A DNA stretch of 40,838 nt from Candidatus Tenebribacter mawsonii (GTDB taxonomy: Bacteria; Cloacimonadota; Cloacimonadia; Cloacimonadales; TCS61), in contig JAVCCD010000339.1 in the NCBI GenBank assembly GCA_030765665.1, positions 1-40,838 of the forward strand, given 5' to 3'. The notes beneath the pieces are model-generated. The model made no database searches. It saw only the letters and a list, made by a program, of their open reading frames with translations, and had not been told where the DNA came from. Below, one piece after another: positions 1-7,132 of the stretch. Position numbers and translations under genes: made by a program. The stretch's first letter is position 1; each line of letters opens with the position of its first letter.

Positions 1-46
1 GAAAGTGGTGGACATGAATTAGTGTCAAAATAAATTTACATAATGA

Positions 47-123
47 GCGCCCGTGGCTCAATTGGATAGAGCATCTGACTTCGGATCAGAGGGTTTGGGG
101 TTCGAGTCCCTACGGGCGTGCCA
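47..123 (+). tRNA. tRNA-Arg, anticodon TCG, 3' CCA encoded
   Basis: Cloverleaf folded by eye. Acceptor GCGCCCG/CGGGCGT (G1-U72 wobble). D arm GCTC-AATTGGATA-GAGC. Anticodon arm TCTGA-CTTCGGA-TCAGA, giving anticodon TCG. T arm TGGGG-TTCGAGT-CCCTA. Discriminator G followed by CCA. Confidence 0.9.
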
Positions 124-126
124 TTT
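94..126 (+). repeat. attL core: 33-bp direct repeat covering the 3' end of tRNA-Arg
   Basis: TTTGGGGTTCGAGTCCCTACGGGCGTGCCATTT is identical at 94..126 and 11679..11711. Confidence 0.85.
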
Positions 127-188
127 TACATGCATAACCCATTACTAACACGTATTATAACTAACTTAAATAAAATGTATATTTCTGA

Positions 189-200
189 AACGTTGTGAGA
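189..200 (+). repeat. AACGTTGTGAGA 12-mer, left-arm copy
   Basis: Exact 12-mer 63 bp inside attL. The same 12-mer occurs twice in tandem at the right arm. Confidence 0.5.
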
Positions 201-434
201 TTAGTTGTGGTTTTGACTGTTAATTCGTCAAATTTGTTGTAAATTCACCTCGAATAAAATTTGTTATTTTAAAATGAGTGTTTATGAAGTTTACAGTACT
301 AAAATAACAATATATTTTCGTTGTCTTCAAAAACTACGTTTGCCTGAATTGGAGATTCCTTAATCTCGCCACCACTATGAAAATATTTCGCATTCATAAA
401 TAAAAGTAATAAATCTGATAATTATCTTCATTGT

Positions 435-662
435 TTATTTAGGAATTTCATACTCTTCAGGTTTACCTTTTGTGATTCTTTTAATCTCATTGACGTAATT
501 TTTCCAATATATATCGTAATTATTCCTGACTTCTGTTTTTACTTCTCTAACTAAATCGTTACGGTATTTTTTTATCTCCGTATTACAATTTTTGCATTTG
601 TAACCAATTTGTACACCGTCTATTTGCCAACTTCCATGTATAACCATAGTTACCTGTATCAA
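435..662 (-). CDS. Hypothetical 75-aa ORF (doubtful)
   Basis: Open frame with a TAA stop and no recognisable family. Its 5' part overlaps, out of frame, the decayed T9SS C-terminal-domain remnant at 583..801. Confidence 0.2.
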   Translation of the reverse strand: MIQVTMVIHGSWQIDGVQIGYKCKNCNTEIKKYRNDLVREVKTEVRNNYDIYWKNYVNEIKRITKGKPEEYEIPK

Positions 663-801
663 ACTCTTTAGACTCTATCAATTGTCCTCTCAAATTGAAT
701 ATTGTGACCACCCCTCTTTCGCCTTCTCTTATTTCAAAGCTTATTGTCGTAGCGGGATTGAAAGGGTTTGGATAGTTCTGTAGAGAAAAATTAGCACAAA
801 T

Positions 802-1755
802 TCAGATTCTGTTTTTTATTATATGTAATCCTGTAGATGTTACCAAATATACATAAGGATCTTCCACATGTACGTTTTGTTCTTGACCCTCTGTTTCCAA
901 CAAATCAACTATAAATGCATTGGTAGGATCACTTATATTAATCATACGAAGTCCCGCCAAACCATCAGCTACATAAGCATAGGAACCAGAAACGAAAACG
1001 CCATGTGCGTATTCTGCATAAACTGAATCTATTAAAACTGGGTAATTTGGATTACTTACATCTATAATCTTGAGACCACCTTGTAAATCACAGACGTATG
1101 CATACGAATTTGAAATAGATATATCTTCGGCATAATGTGTATCAACCGTACCAACTATTTGTGGATTTGCAGGATTACCAACATCTATAATTTTAAGACC
1201 AGAAAAACCATCGCCTATATAAGCATACGAATTATCAATTTGCACTCCAAATGCATCATCAGTTTCAACTGAACCTATAATTATTGGCTCTGCTTGGTTA
1301 CTAATATCTACAACTTTAAGTCCTTCAGATCTATCAGTTACATAAGCATAAGAACCAGAAACATAAACCTCGTAGGCATAATGTGTATCAACCGAACCAA
1401 CTATTTGTGGATTGTAGGGATTACTTATATCTATAACCACAAGTCCACTATATGTATCAGCTACATAGGCATAAGAGCCAAAAACATAGACATTTATGGC
1501 ATTTTCGGGTGTATCTACAAAACCAACAATTTCTGGATTAATGGGGTCACTTATGTCTATCACGTAGAGACCTTCTTCTTTACTCGCCACATAGGCATAA
1601 GAATCAGAAACATATACACCCCAAGAATTTCCAGGAAGCTCTACAGAAGCGATTAAAGAAAGTTTAGGATTAAATTCTTGTATGTCATTATCTGGCTCAG
1701 TAATACAACTAAACAATATCATACAAAACAGTATTAATAAAATAAATAGTTTCAT
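802..1755 (-). CDS. LVIVD-repeat beta-propeller lipoprotein, ending at a TGA that is followed in frame by a T9SS C-terminal-domain remnant
   Basis: Signal peptide with a lipobox (ILFSC). About 8 tandem units of SYAYVA..GL.VIDISNP.NP.IVG, the LVIVD-repeat type. RBS AAGGGGGA. Possibly a truncated or decaying gene. Confidence 0.7.
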   Translation of the reverse strand: MKLFILLILFCMILFSCITEPDNDIQEFNPKLSLIASVELPGNSWGVYVSDSYAYVASKEEGLYVIDISDPINPEIVGFVDTPENAINVYVFGSYAYVADTYSGLVVIDISNPYNPQIVGSVDTHYAYEVYVSGSYAYVTDRSEGLKVVDISNQAEPIIIGSVETDDAFGVQIDNSYAYIGDGFSGLKIIDVGNPANPQIVGTVDTHYAEDISISNSYAYVCDLQGGLKIIDVSNPNYPVLIDSVYAEYAHGVFVSGSYAYVADGLAGLRMINISDPTNAFIVDLLETEGQEQNVHVEDPYVYLVTSTGLHIIKNRI

Positions 1756-1854
1756 CTTTCCCCCTTATTTTTATCTTACAAATTTATATCATATAAAGTT
1801 CCCATATAATAGATTCTACTTACTGATCCTTTCAGTAGTGTTCAAACAACTTCT

Positions 1855-2301
1855 TCATTTTAAAAGCAAACATTTCTTAACAGCTTTAGTTTTACCGTTA
1901 ACATTTAATTTATAAAAGTACAAACCAGAACTCACAGATTTTCCAGATTCATCATCTCCATTCCAGATTACTGAATACTGACCTGCTGAAAACTGTCTGC
2001 TGACAAGTTTCTTCACCTTCTGACCTTTCAGATTATAAATTTCTAGCTCAGCGCTCTCAGCGTGCTCTGCGGTGATATTAAAAGAAATTGTCGTAGTTGG
2101 ATTGAAAGGATTTGGATAGTTAGAGATTGTGTAATGTTCTAATGACACTTGAACATCTTCTGCAGAAACGGGGTTATATATCATTTCAACATACTCAGGA
2201 TGATCTATAAATGGATTCCTGTTCTCTTGATAATCTTCATAAATGATATCATTTCTGTTTTCTCCGAATTCATCTACTGGGTCTTTTACATGCCACTGCA
2301 T
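1855..2301 (-). pseudogene. C-terminal fragment of an endonuclease I family nuclease, plus a T9SS C-terminal sorting domain
   Basis: WHVKDPVDEFGENRNDIIYEDYQENRNPFIDHPE matches the C-terminal motif of the endonuclease I family. It is followed by [14 protein letters not shown]...IYNLKGQKVK...SGLYFYKL...LLLK. It is out of frame with the upstream fragment. Confidence 0.7.
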
Positions 2302-2717
2302 TAGTGTAGAAAATACACCATGAACGGGTTCACTGAAATGTCACATGGTCGTAAATTATGAACATCAGTACCCGCACCTATTGCAGTACCAAAATCACCA
2401 TGAGATTTAGCCCATACATGCTCTCTGCTCCAACCTTGCCCATTATTATATTCCTGTGCTGCATCGACTGACCAACCAGTGTAAATGAGAATTACATTAT
2501 CAGGATTATTTGGATCTCGATCGGTTTCTTTGAGAATATCCCATGTATCAGTGCTTGTACTCGTATAGGGGAACTCAACATGATCATCGATGATATCATG
2601 CAAAGCGGATTTCAGATCTTCTCCGGAAAGACCTGCAGCTGAATAGTAGTAGCCTTCCGGGATGTCAGCATGAAGAGAGCTGAAGATAGCTAATACTATT
2701 ACAAATATAAATTTCAT
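2301..2717 (-). pseudogene. N-terminal fragment of an endonuclease I family nuclease
   Basis: Signal peptide, then YTGW...WSREHVWAKSHG...DVHNLRPCDISVN motifs. The reading frame breaks right after VN, and the central part of the family domain is missing. Confidence 0.7.
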
Positions 2718-2732
2718 AAGAAAGCTCCTTAA

Positions 2733-3230
2733 TTATTTCAATATAGATTCATAAACGCTAAGTGAGTCCCATGTCAGTATATTAATATCCTCTATTCTTG
2801 TGTCTACATTTTGAGGAGATCGTTTTTTCACAATCGCATCCAGTTGTGGTTTCCAAGCACTCGATAACTTAATCCGGTTATTAAAATCAAAATGGAACTG
2901 ATGGAGTACAAGCCCCATATATCCAAGCCAATCTGGGAATGTACAATTATTAGAAATAAACTCAATCGATGCATTAGATAATTCTGAGATGAATTTCTCT
3001 GTCATCTCATCTGACCAATCTTGGGACATTGCTCGTTTAAGCTTACTATGCTTTATATCCCAATCTAAACTTGATGGTTGGGGGTGATAACCTTTAGCTA
3101 TCATCGTGAAACCTGTCCTTATATCCATTGCGCCGCATGTTGTACAGTATAGAGTCCAACAGGAGTGTCTCTTTGATGCTAACACGCATAAAGCTTCAAA
3201 TGGATTAATGATGTCTTTTTTGTCGTTCAT
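2733..3230 (-). CDS. Hypothetical 165-aa protein with an H-x-C-x4-C-x2-C cluster
   Basis: ATG at 3230 preceded by AGGAGG (3235..3240). The longer start in the ORF track lacks an RBS. No family recognised. Confidence 0.6.
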   Translation of the reverse strand: MNDKKDIINPFEALCVLASKRHSCWTLYCTTCGAMDIRTGFTMIAKGYHPQPSSLDWDIKHSKLKRAMSQDWSDEMTEKFISELSNASIEFISNNCTFPDWLGYMGLVLHQFHFDFNNRIKLSSAWKPQLDAIVKKRSPQNVDTRIEDINILTWDSLSVYESILK

Positions 3231-3262
3231 AATACCTCCTGAACTTTCAGTAACCATAATCA

Positions 3263-3291
3263 AACATAAGATTATTGAGTATGTGTGTCAA
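3263..3291 (-). promoter_or_regulatory. Sigma70-like promoter candidate for the 165-aa gene
   Basis: On the minus strand: TTGACA (3286..3291), a 17-nt spacer, then TATGTT (3263..3268). Confidence 0.3.
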
Positions 3292-3442
3292 TATGTAAAT
3301 CTATTTGACAAACAAAATGCAATTTGGAAGATGTATTTAATCTTTTGTATATGATTTAGTTCTTTAAGAAGATAATGTCGTTTCTTAATGGTTTTGCCTT
3401 GAAAATCCCCAATTTTTTAGACCAACAGAATCTTGAGAAATG

Positions 3443-3532
3443 GTACCCGAATGGGTGCTCTTTCTTTTGTTTTGTTGGCAAGCATGGGGATGCTTCAAGG
3501 CTGGACATTTGATTGTAGCACCCTCTTTTTTT
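3443..3532 (+). promoter_or_regulatory. Attenuator/leader-like structured element ending in a terminator-like stem and T-run, 12 nt before the 333-aa ORF
   Basis: GGGTGC(T) at 3453..3459 can pair with GTACCC (3443..3448) or with AGCACCC (3517..3523). The latter is followed by TCTTTTTTT. An inner hairpin AAGCAT-GGGG-ATGCTT sits at 3480..3495. Confidence 0.3.
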
Positions 3533-3543
3533 AATAGGATATT

Positions 3544-4545
3544 ATGAAAATATTTGAGAGCTGGAAGTTTATAAGTGCTGATAGTATTAAGGAAGTCTTA
3601 GCGGGTATTATTTTATTCAATATCTTTATAATATTTGTTATCGGAGCTTTCATTCCTATATTATTTATTATACTCCCAGTTATGCTTGTCAAGGTGATCT
3701 TGATTATTGTTATTGTTTTACTTAATATACTACTTACTGGAGAAATTATCATAACACAAATACGAAAGGAATATCCTTTTTTAATTGATTTAAAATTATT
3801 AAGTTGTAATTTTAGAGATACTGCATATACAGATGTTGAAGTTCATGATGAAATCAATGAAATAATATATGCAAAAACAAAAGAAGTTTACGAAGTTTAT
3901 GAAGAAAAGAAAGTTTTAGAGATAGAGAAGAAATTTACAAATAATGAAATAATACAAATAGATACAAAACTTAACAAATGTTACAAATATAAGTATAATA
4001 ATAAGAGAGTGTTTATTGTGATAAAAGATGAATACTTGAATGAACGTAAACATCATGTTGATCTTGAAGGTGTGAAATTTGGTTCTAATGGATGGTCAAC
4101 AGTTGTTTATGTGGAAAAAGAATTAAAAAACCTACTTTTATTAGCAAATGCTAAAGTCATACTATATTTATTTAAAGACAACAGTAAATTTGATAGCATA
4201 TATAGAATAGTTAATCCAGAAAAATGTGGAAAAATTTATTTTCATGAGACATTTCAATCAGATTTTCTGAGTTTCGATAATGATCTTGATGATTACTTAG
4301 TTAAAGAAAAACGAAAGATAAAAGAAAGAAAGTCAATGGTGAAGAGATCTATTAGATGGCTATTGTTTGGGATTGGATTATATTTGTTTTATTTATTCAC
4401 AGAGTTTTTACCAATTGAGGAAATATATAATGCGCATTTAGGAAATTCTCTTATTGACAATTTTATTTGTCAATTTCTTGAATCCGTAACTGTATTTTCT
4501 TTTTTTGGTGTTGCTTTTATTTTATATAAGATATTAAAGTTGTAA
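3544..4545 (+). CDS. Hypothetical membrane protein, 333 aa, with N- and C-terminal TM segments around a soluble core
   Basis: Long ORF. Hydrophobic helices at residues ~20-70 and ~275-330. Extremely AT-rich. No family recognised. Confidence 0.6.
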   Translation: MKIFESWKFISADSIKEVLAGIILFNIFIIFVIGAFIPILFIILPVMLVKVILIIVIVLLNILLTGEIIITQIRKEYPFLIDLKLLSCNFRDTAYTDVEVHDEINEIIYAKTKEVYEVYEEKKVLEIEKKFTNNEIIQIDTKLNKCYKYKYNNKRVFIVIKDEYLNERKHHVDLEGVKFGSNGWSTVVYVEKELKNLLLLANAKVILYLFKDNSKFDSIYRIVNPEKCGKIYFHETFQSDFLSFDNDLDDYLVKEKRKIKERKSMVKRSIRWLLFGIGLYLFYLFTEFLPIEEIYNAHLGNSLIDNFICQFLESVTVFSFFGVAFILYKILKL

Positions 4546-4555
4546 GGAGATTAAT

Positions 4556-5047
4556 ATGAACAAACAGCAAAAGGTTATTATATTGTGTATGTTGTTAGCG
4601 ATTTTTCTATTATTAATATTTCCACCATTTAATAAAATAAGATATCGAGATGGAGAAAAAGAATTTATTGGGCACAGAATTATTTCTACTTCAAAGGTTT
4701 ATGATAGTGAAAGGAATTATAGAAGAGCCGAATTAGTTTATATTGATTCAATAAGACTTGTCATCTATGTATTTATTGTTATTATTATGGCTTTTGCTCT
4801 TACTATAATTACAAAAAATAAAAAACTAAACTTCAATAAAGGTTTTTTTAGAATGACCCTTATCCTATCACTAATTATTGGATTAATAGCATTATTAACG
4901 GAATTCGCTCCAGAAAATATCTTTCAAGTTCTGGTTATTATTTTAGGATTTGTTATATTATCTTTAATGATCTTCGTTTTTGTTAAATATATAGTTATAA
5001 AAATACTTAAATATATATTGGATGGTTTTACAAAAATAAAAAAGTAA
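4556..5047 (+). CDS. Hypothetical 4-TM membrane protein, 163 aa
   Basis: RBS AAGGAG upstream of the ATG. Starts 10 nt after the previous stop, which suggests an operon. Four hydrophobic helices. Confidence 0.6.
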   Translation: MNKQQKVIILCMLLAIFLLLIFPPFNKIRYRDGEKEFIGHRIISTSKVYDSERNYRRAELVYIDSIRLVIYVFIVIIMAFALTIITKNKKLNFNKGFFRMTLILSLIIGLIALLTEFAPENIFQVLVIILGFVILSLMIFVFVKYIVIKILKYILDGFTKIKK

Positions 5048-5052
5048 AGTTT

Positions 5053-5156
5053 GTGCATGGGTGGCGAAAATTAAAGACGCTGCCAGATTGGTCACCTCCG
5101 GTCTGGTTGGATAACCCGCAAGGAATCCGTGTGGGAGAATACCCCATCCCATGCAC
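5053..5156 (+). ncRNA. Candidate structured RNA of unknown class
   Basis: A GC-rich island in AT-rich DNA. The termini form a perfect 9-bp stem, GTGCATGGG/CCCATGCAC. Internal hairpins include CCAGATTGG-TCACCT-CCGGTCTGG (two G-U pairs valid only on the + strand) and a GCAA-capped hairpin at 5109..5128. The overlapping minus-strand ORFs look spurious. Confidence 0.35.
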
Positions 5157-5607
5157 CATAATTAGGAGATGAGATGAAAGATTCTGAATTAGAAAAAATT
5201 CGTAATAAACATAATCATTATGATCCTGATGAAGTACCGCATATAGATTACAGATTGAACCTGACCTCACGGCTCTCAAAATCGGTGCGAAAAAGCTTGG
5301 GGTTAATATATCACAGGCTCAAATTGTTGAAAATCCTAAAATAACAGATGAGATACATTTAGCAGGTCTCTTTGCTAAAGCGATCAACAGAAGGAGTTAT
5401 AGATGAAAGATTCAAAGATACCACCAAACGAGATGCCACATTTCTATCCGAGGAGAAGCAAAACCTCGCTGCTCTTAAGAAACGTGCGGATACTACTTGG
5501 AGAAAATATACACAAAGCTGTATTGGTTATTTCATAAAAGGTAAATAATATAGTAGCTAACATTCTGGGATATAAGGGATTGAAGTAGTTTTCTTCATAA
5601 TACTAAA

Positions 5608-5703
5608 ACTAAGAAATACTAAGAAATTTAAGAGAATTGAATATTACGGAAAACTACGAAAAACTATGTATTTTGAAATTTAGTAAACTTAGAAAAACTT
5701 AGA
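5608..5703. repeat. Cluster of short tandem repeats downstream of the primase gene
   Basis: ACTAAGAAAT x2 (5608..5627). GAAAACTAC/GAAAAACTAT (5649..5667). AAACTTAGA x2 (5685..5703), which is the inverse orientation of the CTAAG core. Confidence 0.4.
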
Positions 5704-5787
5704 TTTTTGACAATTCCTTAGCGATTTGTTCATCAGTTAGGCTTGTATCATGATTAATGATATCGGTCATACATATTCTCCTTCTAT

Positions 5788-6930
5788 TCATTCTTGGATT
5801 AATAAAAGAGCTTTTTGCTCTGCTCTTTCTTTCGATAAGCCACCTTCGAATTCCATTATAGCAGCACGTTCTTCAAAATCTTCTCTTTGCTCAGGATTTA
5901 ACTGATTAAGCTGTAATGATTGATTATTCTTTTTTCTATATTGAACCAATACTTCATTCATATCTTTACAAGGTTCTATATTGCATTCATCGAATACACA
6001 ATGCCAGTTAAGATGTGAGAGATTTTCGATTTCATTTTTAAATTCGAGTGTCTTATTGATACCCGCTTCATCATTATCAAAGGCAAAGACAATATTTTTG
6101 TCCGGATATTCTGTAATAAGTGAATTGTAATTTTTAATCCTTAGTGAATTAATTCCATTAATTGAAATAAATCCATCTCCAAAAAGTTCATAGTTTGAAA
6201 GTCCATCAATTATACTTTCAAAAATATAAATGTTTTTTTCATCATTGAATGCATAATAATATTTTTGTTTTATTCCATTAAGTTTATAACTTTTTATGTC
6301 CCCGATTAGATTTCTGCTTGAAAAATAAACAGGACTTCCGTCTTTGAAATGCGTAAATATGATTGCAGGTTGCCAAAATACAAAATAATCATTTCCTTTT
6401 TTTGAAGTTCCTATTAATCCTGCTTTCTTTAGAACATCATTATCAAATTGCTGTTTAAGTTTGCGGAATACTTTGTTTGGTTCATCTATGCTTTTAATTC
6501 TGAATTTATTTATAGTGCTATCCGACAATCCACGTTGCTGCATATACTTTTTGCCTTTATCTGTTAGGCTTATGATATCAAAAAAATATTGATAAACTGT
6601 CTGAATTTTCAATTTGGAATAACCAGCTTTATTATCTTTTATTTTGGTTTTCTTGTGTGTTTCTGTTTCGGTTATATGGTAAAGATCTTCTAAATAATTT
6701 ACTGCTTCAATAAAATTTTTATGTTGCATTCTCATTGTTAAATCAATTACTGATCCGCTTGCGCTGCATCCAAAACAATGGAAACTGTCAGTTTTCGGAT
6801 AAAATGTTAAACTTGCATTTGTATCTTCATGGAATGGGCAGATTGCTTTGTTATTCTTAACGGAAATACTAAAATGATTTGCAAGATCTATGATATTGAT
6901 CTCCTGTTTTATTTTATCCAGATGTTTCAT
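5788..6930 (-). CDS. DNA primase with a CHC2 zinc finger and a Toprim domain
   Basis: CPFHEDTNASLTFYPKTDSFHCFGCSASG is a CHC2 zinc finger. YIFESIIDGLS and FAFDNDEAG are Toprim acidic motifs. The C-terminal AAIMEFEGGLSKERAE motif is common in mobile-element primases. Confidence 0.85.
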   Translation of the reverse strand: MKHLDKIKQEINIIDLANHFSISVKNNKAICPFHEDTNASLTFYPKTDSFHCFGCSASGSVIDLTMRMQHKNFIEAVNYLEDLYHITETETHKKTKIKDNKAGYSKLKIQTVYQYFFDIISLTDKGKKYMQQRGLSDSTINKFRIKSIDEPNKVFRKLKQQFDNDVLKKAGLIGTSKKGNDYFVFWQPAIIFTHFKDGSPVYFSSRNLIGDIKSYKLNGIKQKYYYAFNDEKNIYIFESIIDGLSNYELFGDGFISINGINSLRIKNYNSLITEYPDKNIVFAFDNDEAGINKTLEFKNEIENLSHLNWHCVFDECNIEPCKDMNEVLVQYRKKNNQSLQLNQLNPEQREDFEERAAIMEFEGGLSKERAEQKALLLIQE

Positions 6931-6946
6931 TAATACCTCAAATAAT

Positions 6947-7124
6947 CAGTATCATTTCTGATTATCTGATACATGATTAGTGTCATTGAATAGTATCATA
7001 GATTGATACTGATTTAAATGATTACAAATGAATGACTTAGTAACCTTATGAATTGGATTAGTTGCACATTGTTGAAAATTGGTATCAGTGTCATCTCCTA
7101 TATAGGGCAGTGATACTGATACCA
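6947..7124. repeat. Iteron-like cluster of about 8 TGATAC/GTATCA hexamers between the ATPase and primase genes
   Basis: GTATCA at 6949, 6993 and 7082. TGATAC at 6967, 7004, 7111 and 7117. A 10-nt inverted repeat: TGGTATCAGT (7080..7089) and ACTGATACCA (7115..7124). Confidence 0.5.
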
Positions 7125-7132
7125 TTTCGATT

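Noticed and set aside
802-804. Genome-wide reassignment of TGA (code 4 or 25) as the explanation for the two in-frame TGAs (802..804 and 36103..36105).
   Set aside because: TGA ends the endonuclease fragment exactly at the natural ...LLLK end of its sorting domain. It also ends the integrase and primase ORFs at plausible termini. Trp is encoded by TGG throughout, and ORFs of 1000-1300 codons contain no TGA. A recoded genome would show many in-frame TGAs.
5053-5156. Identification of the GC-rich structured segment as SRP (4.5S) RNA, a tRNA-like element, a tmRNA fragment or a known riboswitch.
   Set aside because: It lacks the conserved SRP domain IV sequence (GGAA tetraloop with an AGCAGC-type 3' side). 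It has no cloverleaf. It has none of the signature sequences I can recall for c-di-GMP, ZTP, fluoride, guanidine or glutamine riboswitches. It is left as unknown class.
4964-5279. Minus-strand ORFs 4964..5152 (62 aa) and 5028..5279 (83 aa).
   Set aside because: They overlap the end of a well-supported plus-strand gene and the structured GC-rich segment. They have no RBS. Their composition reflects the palindromic GC-rich DNA, so they are judged spurious.
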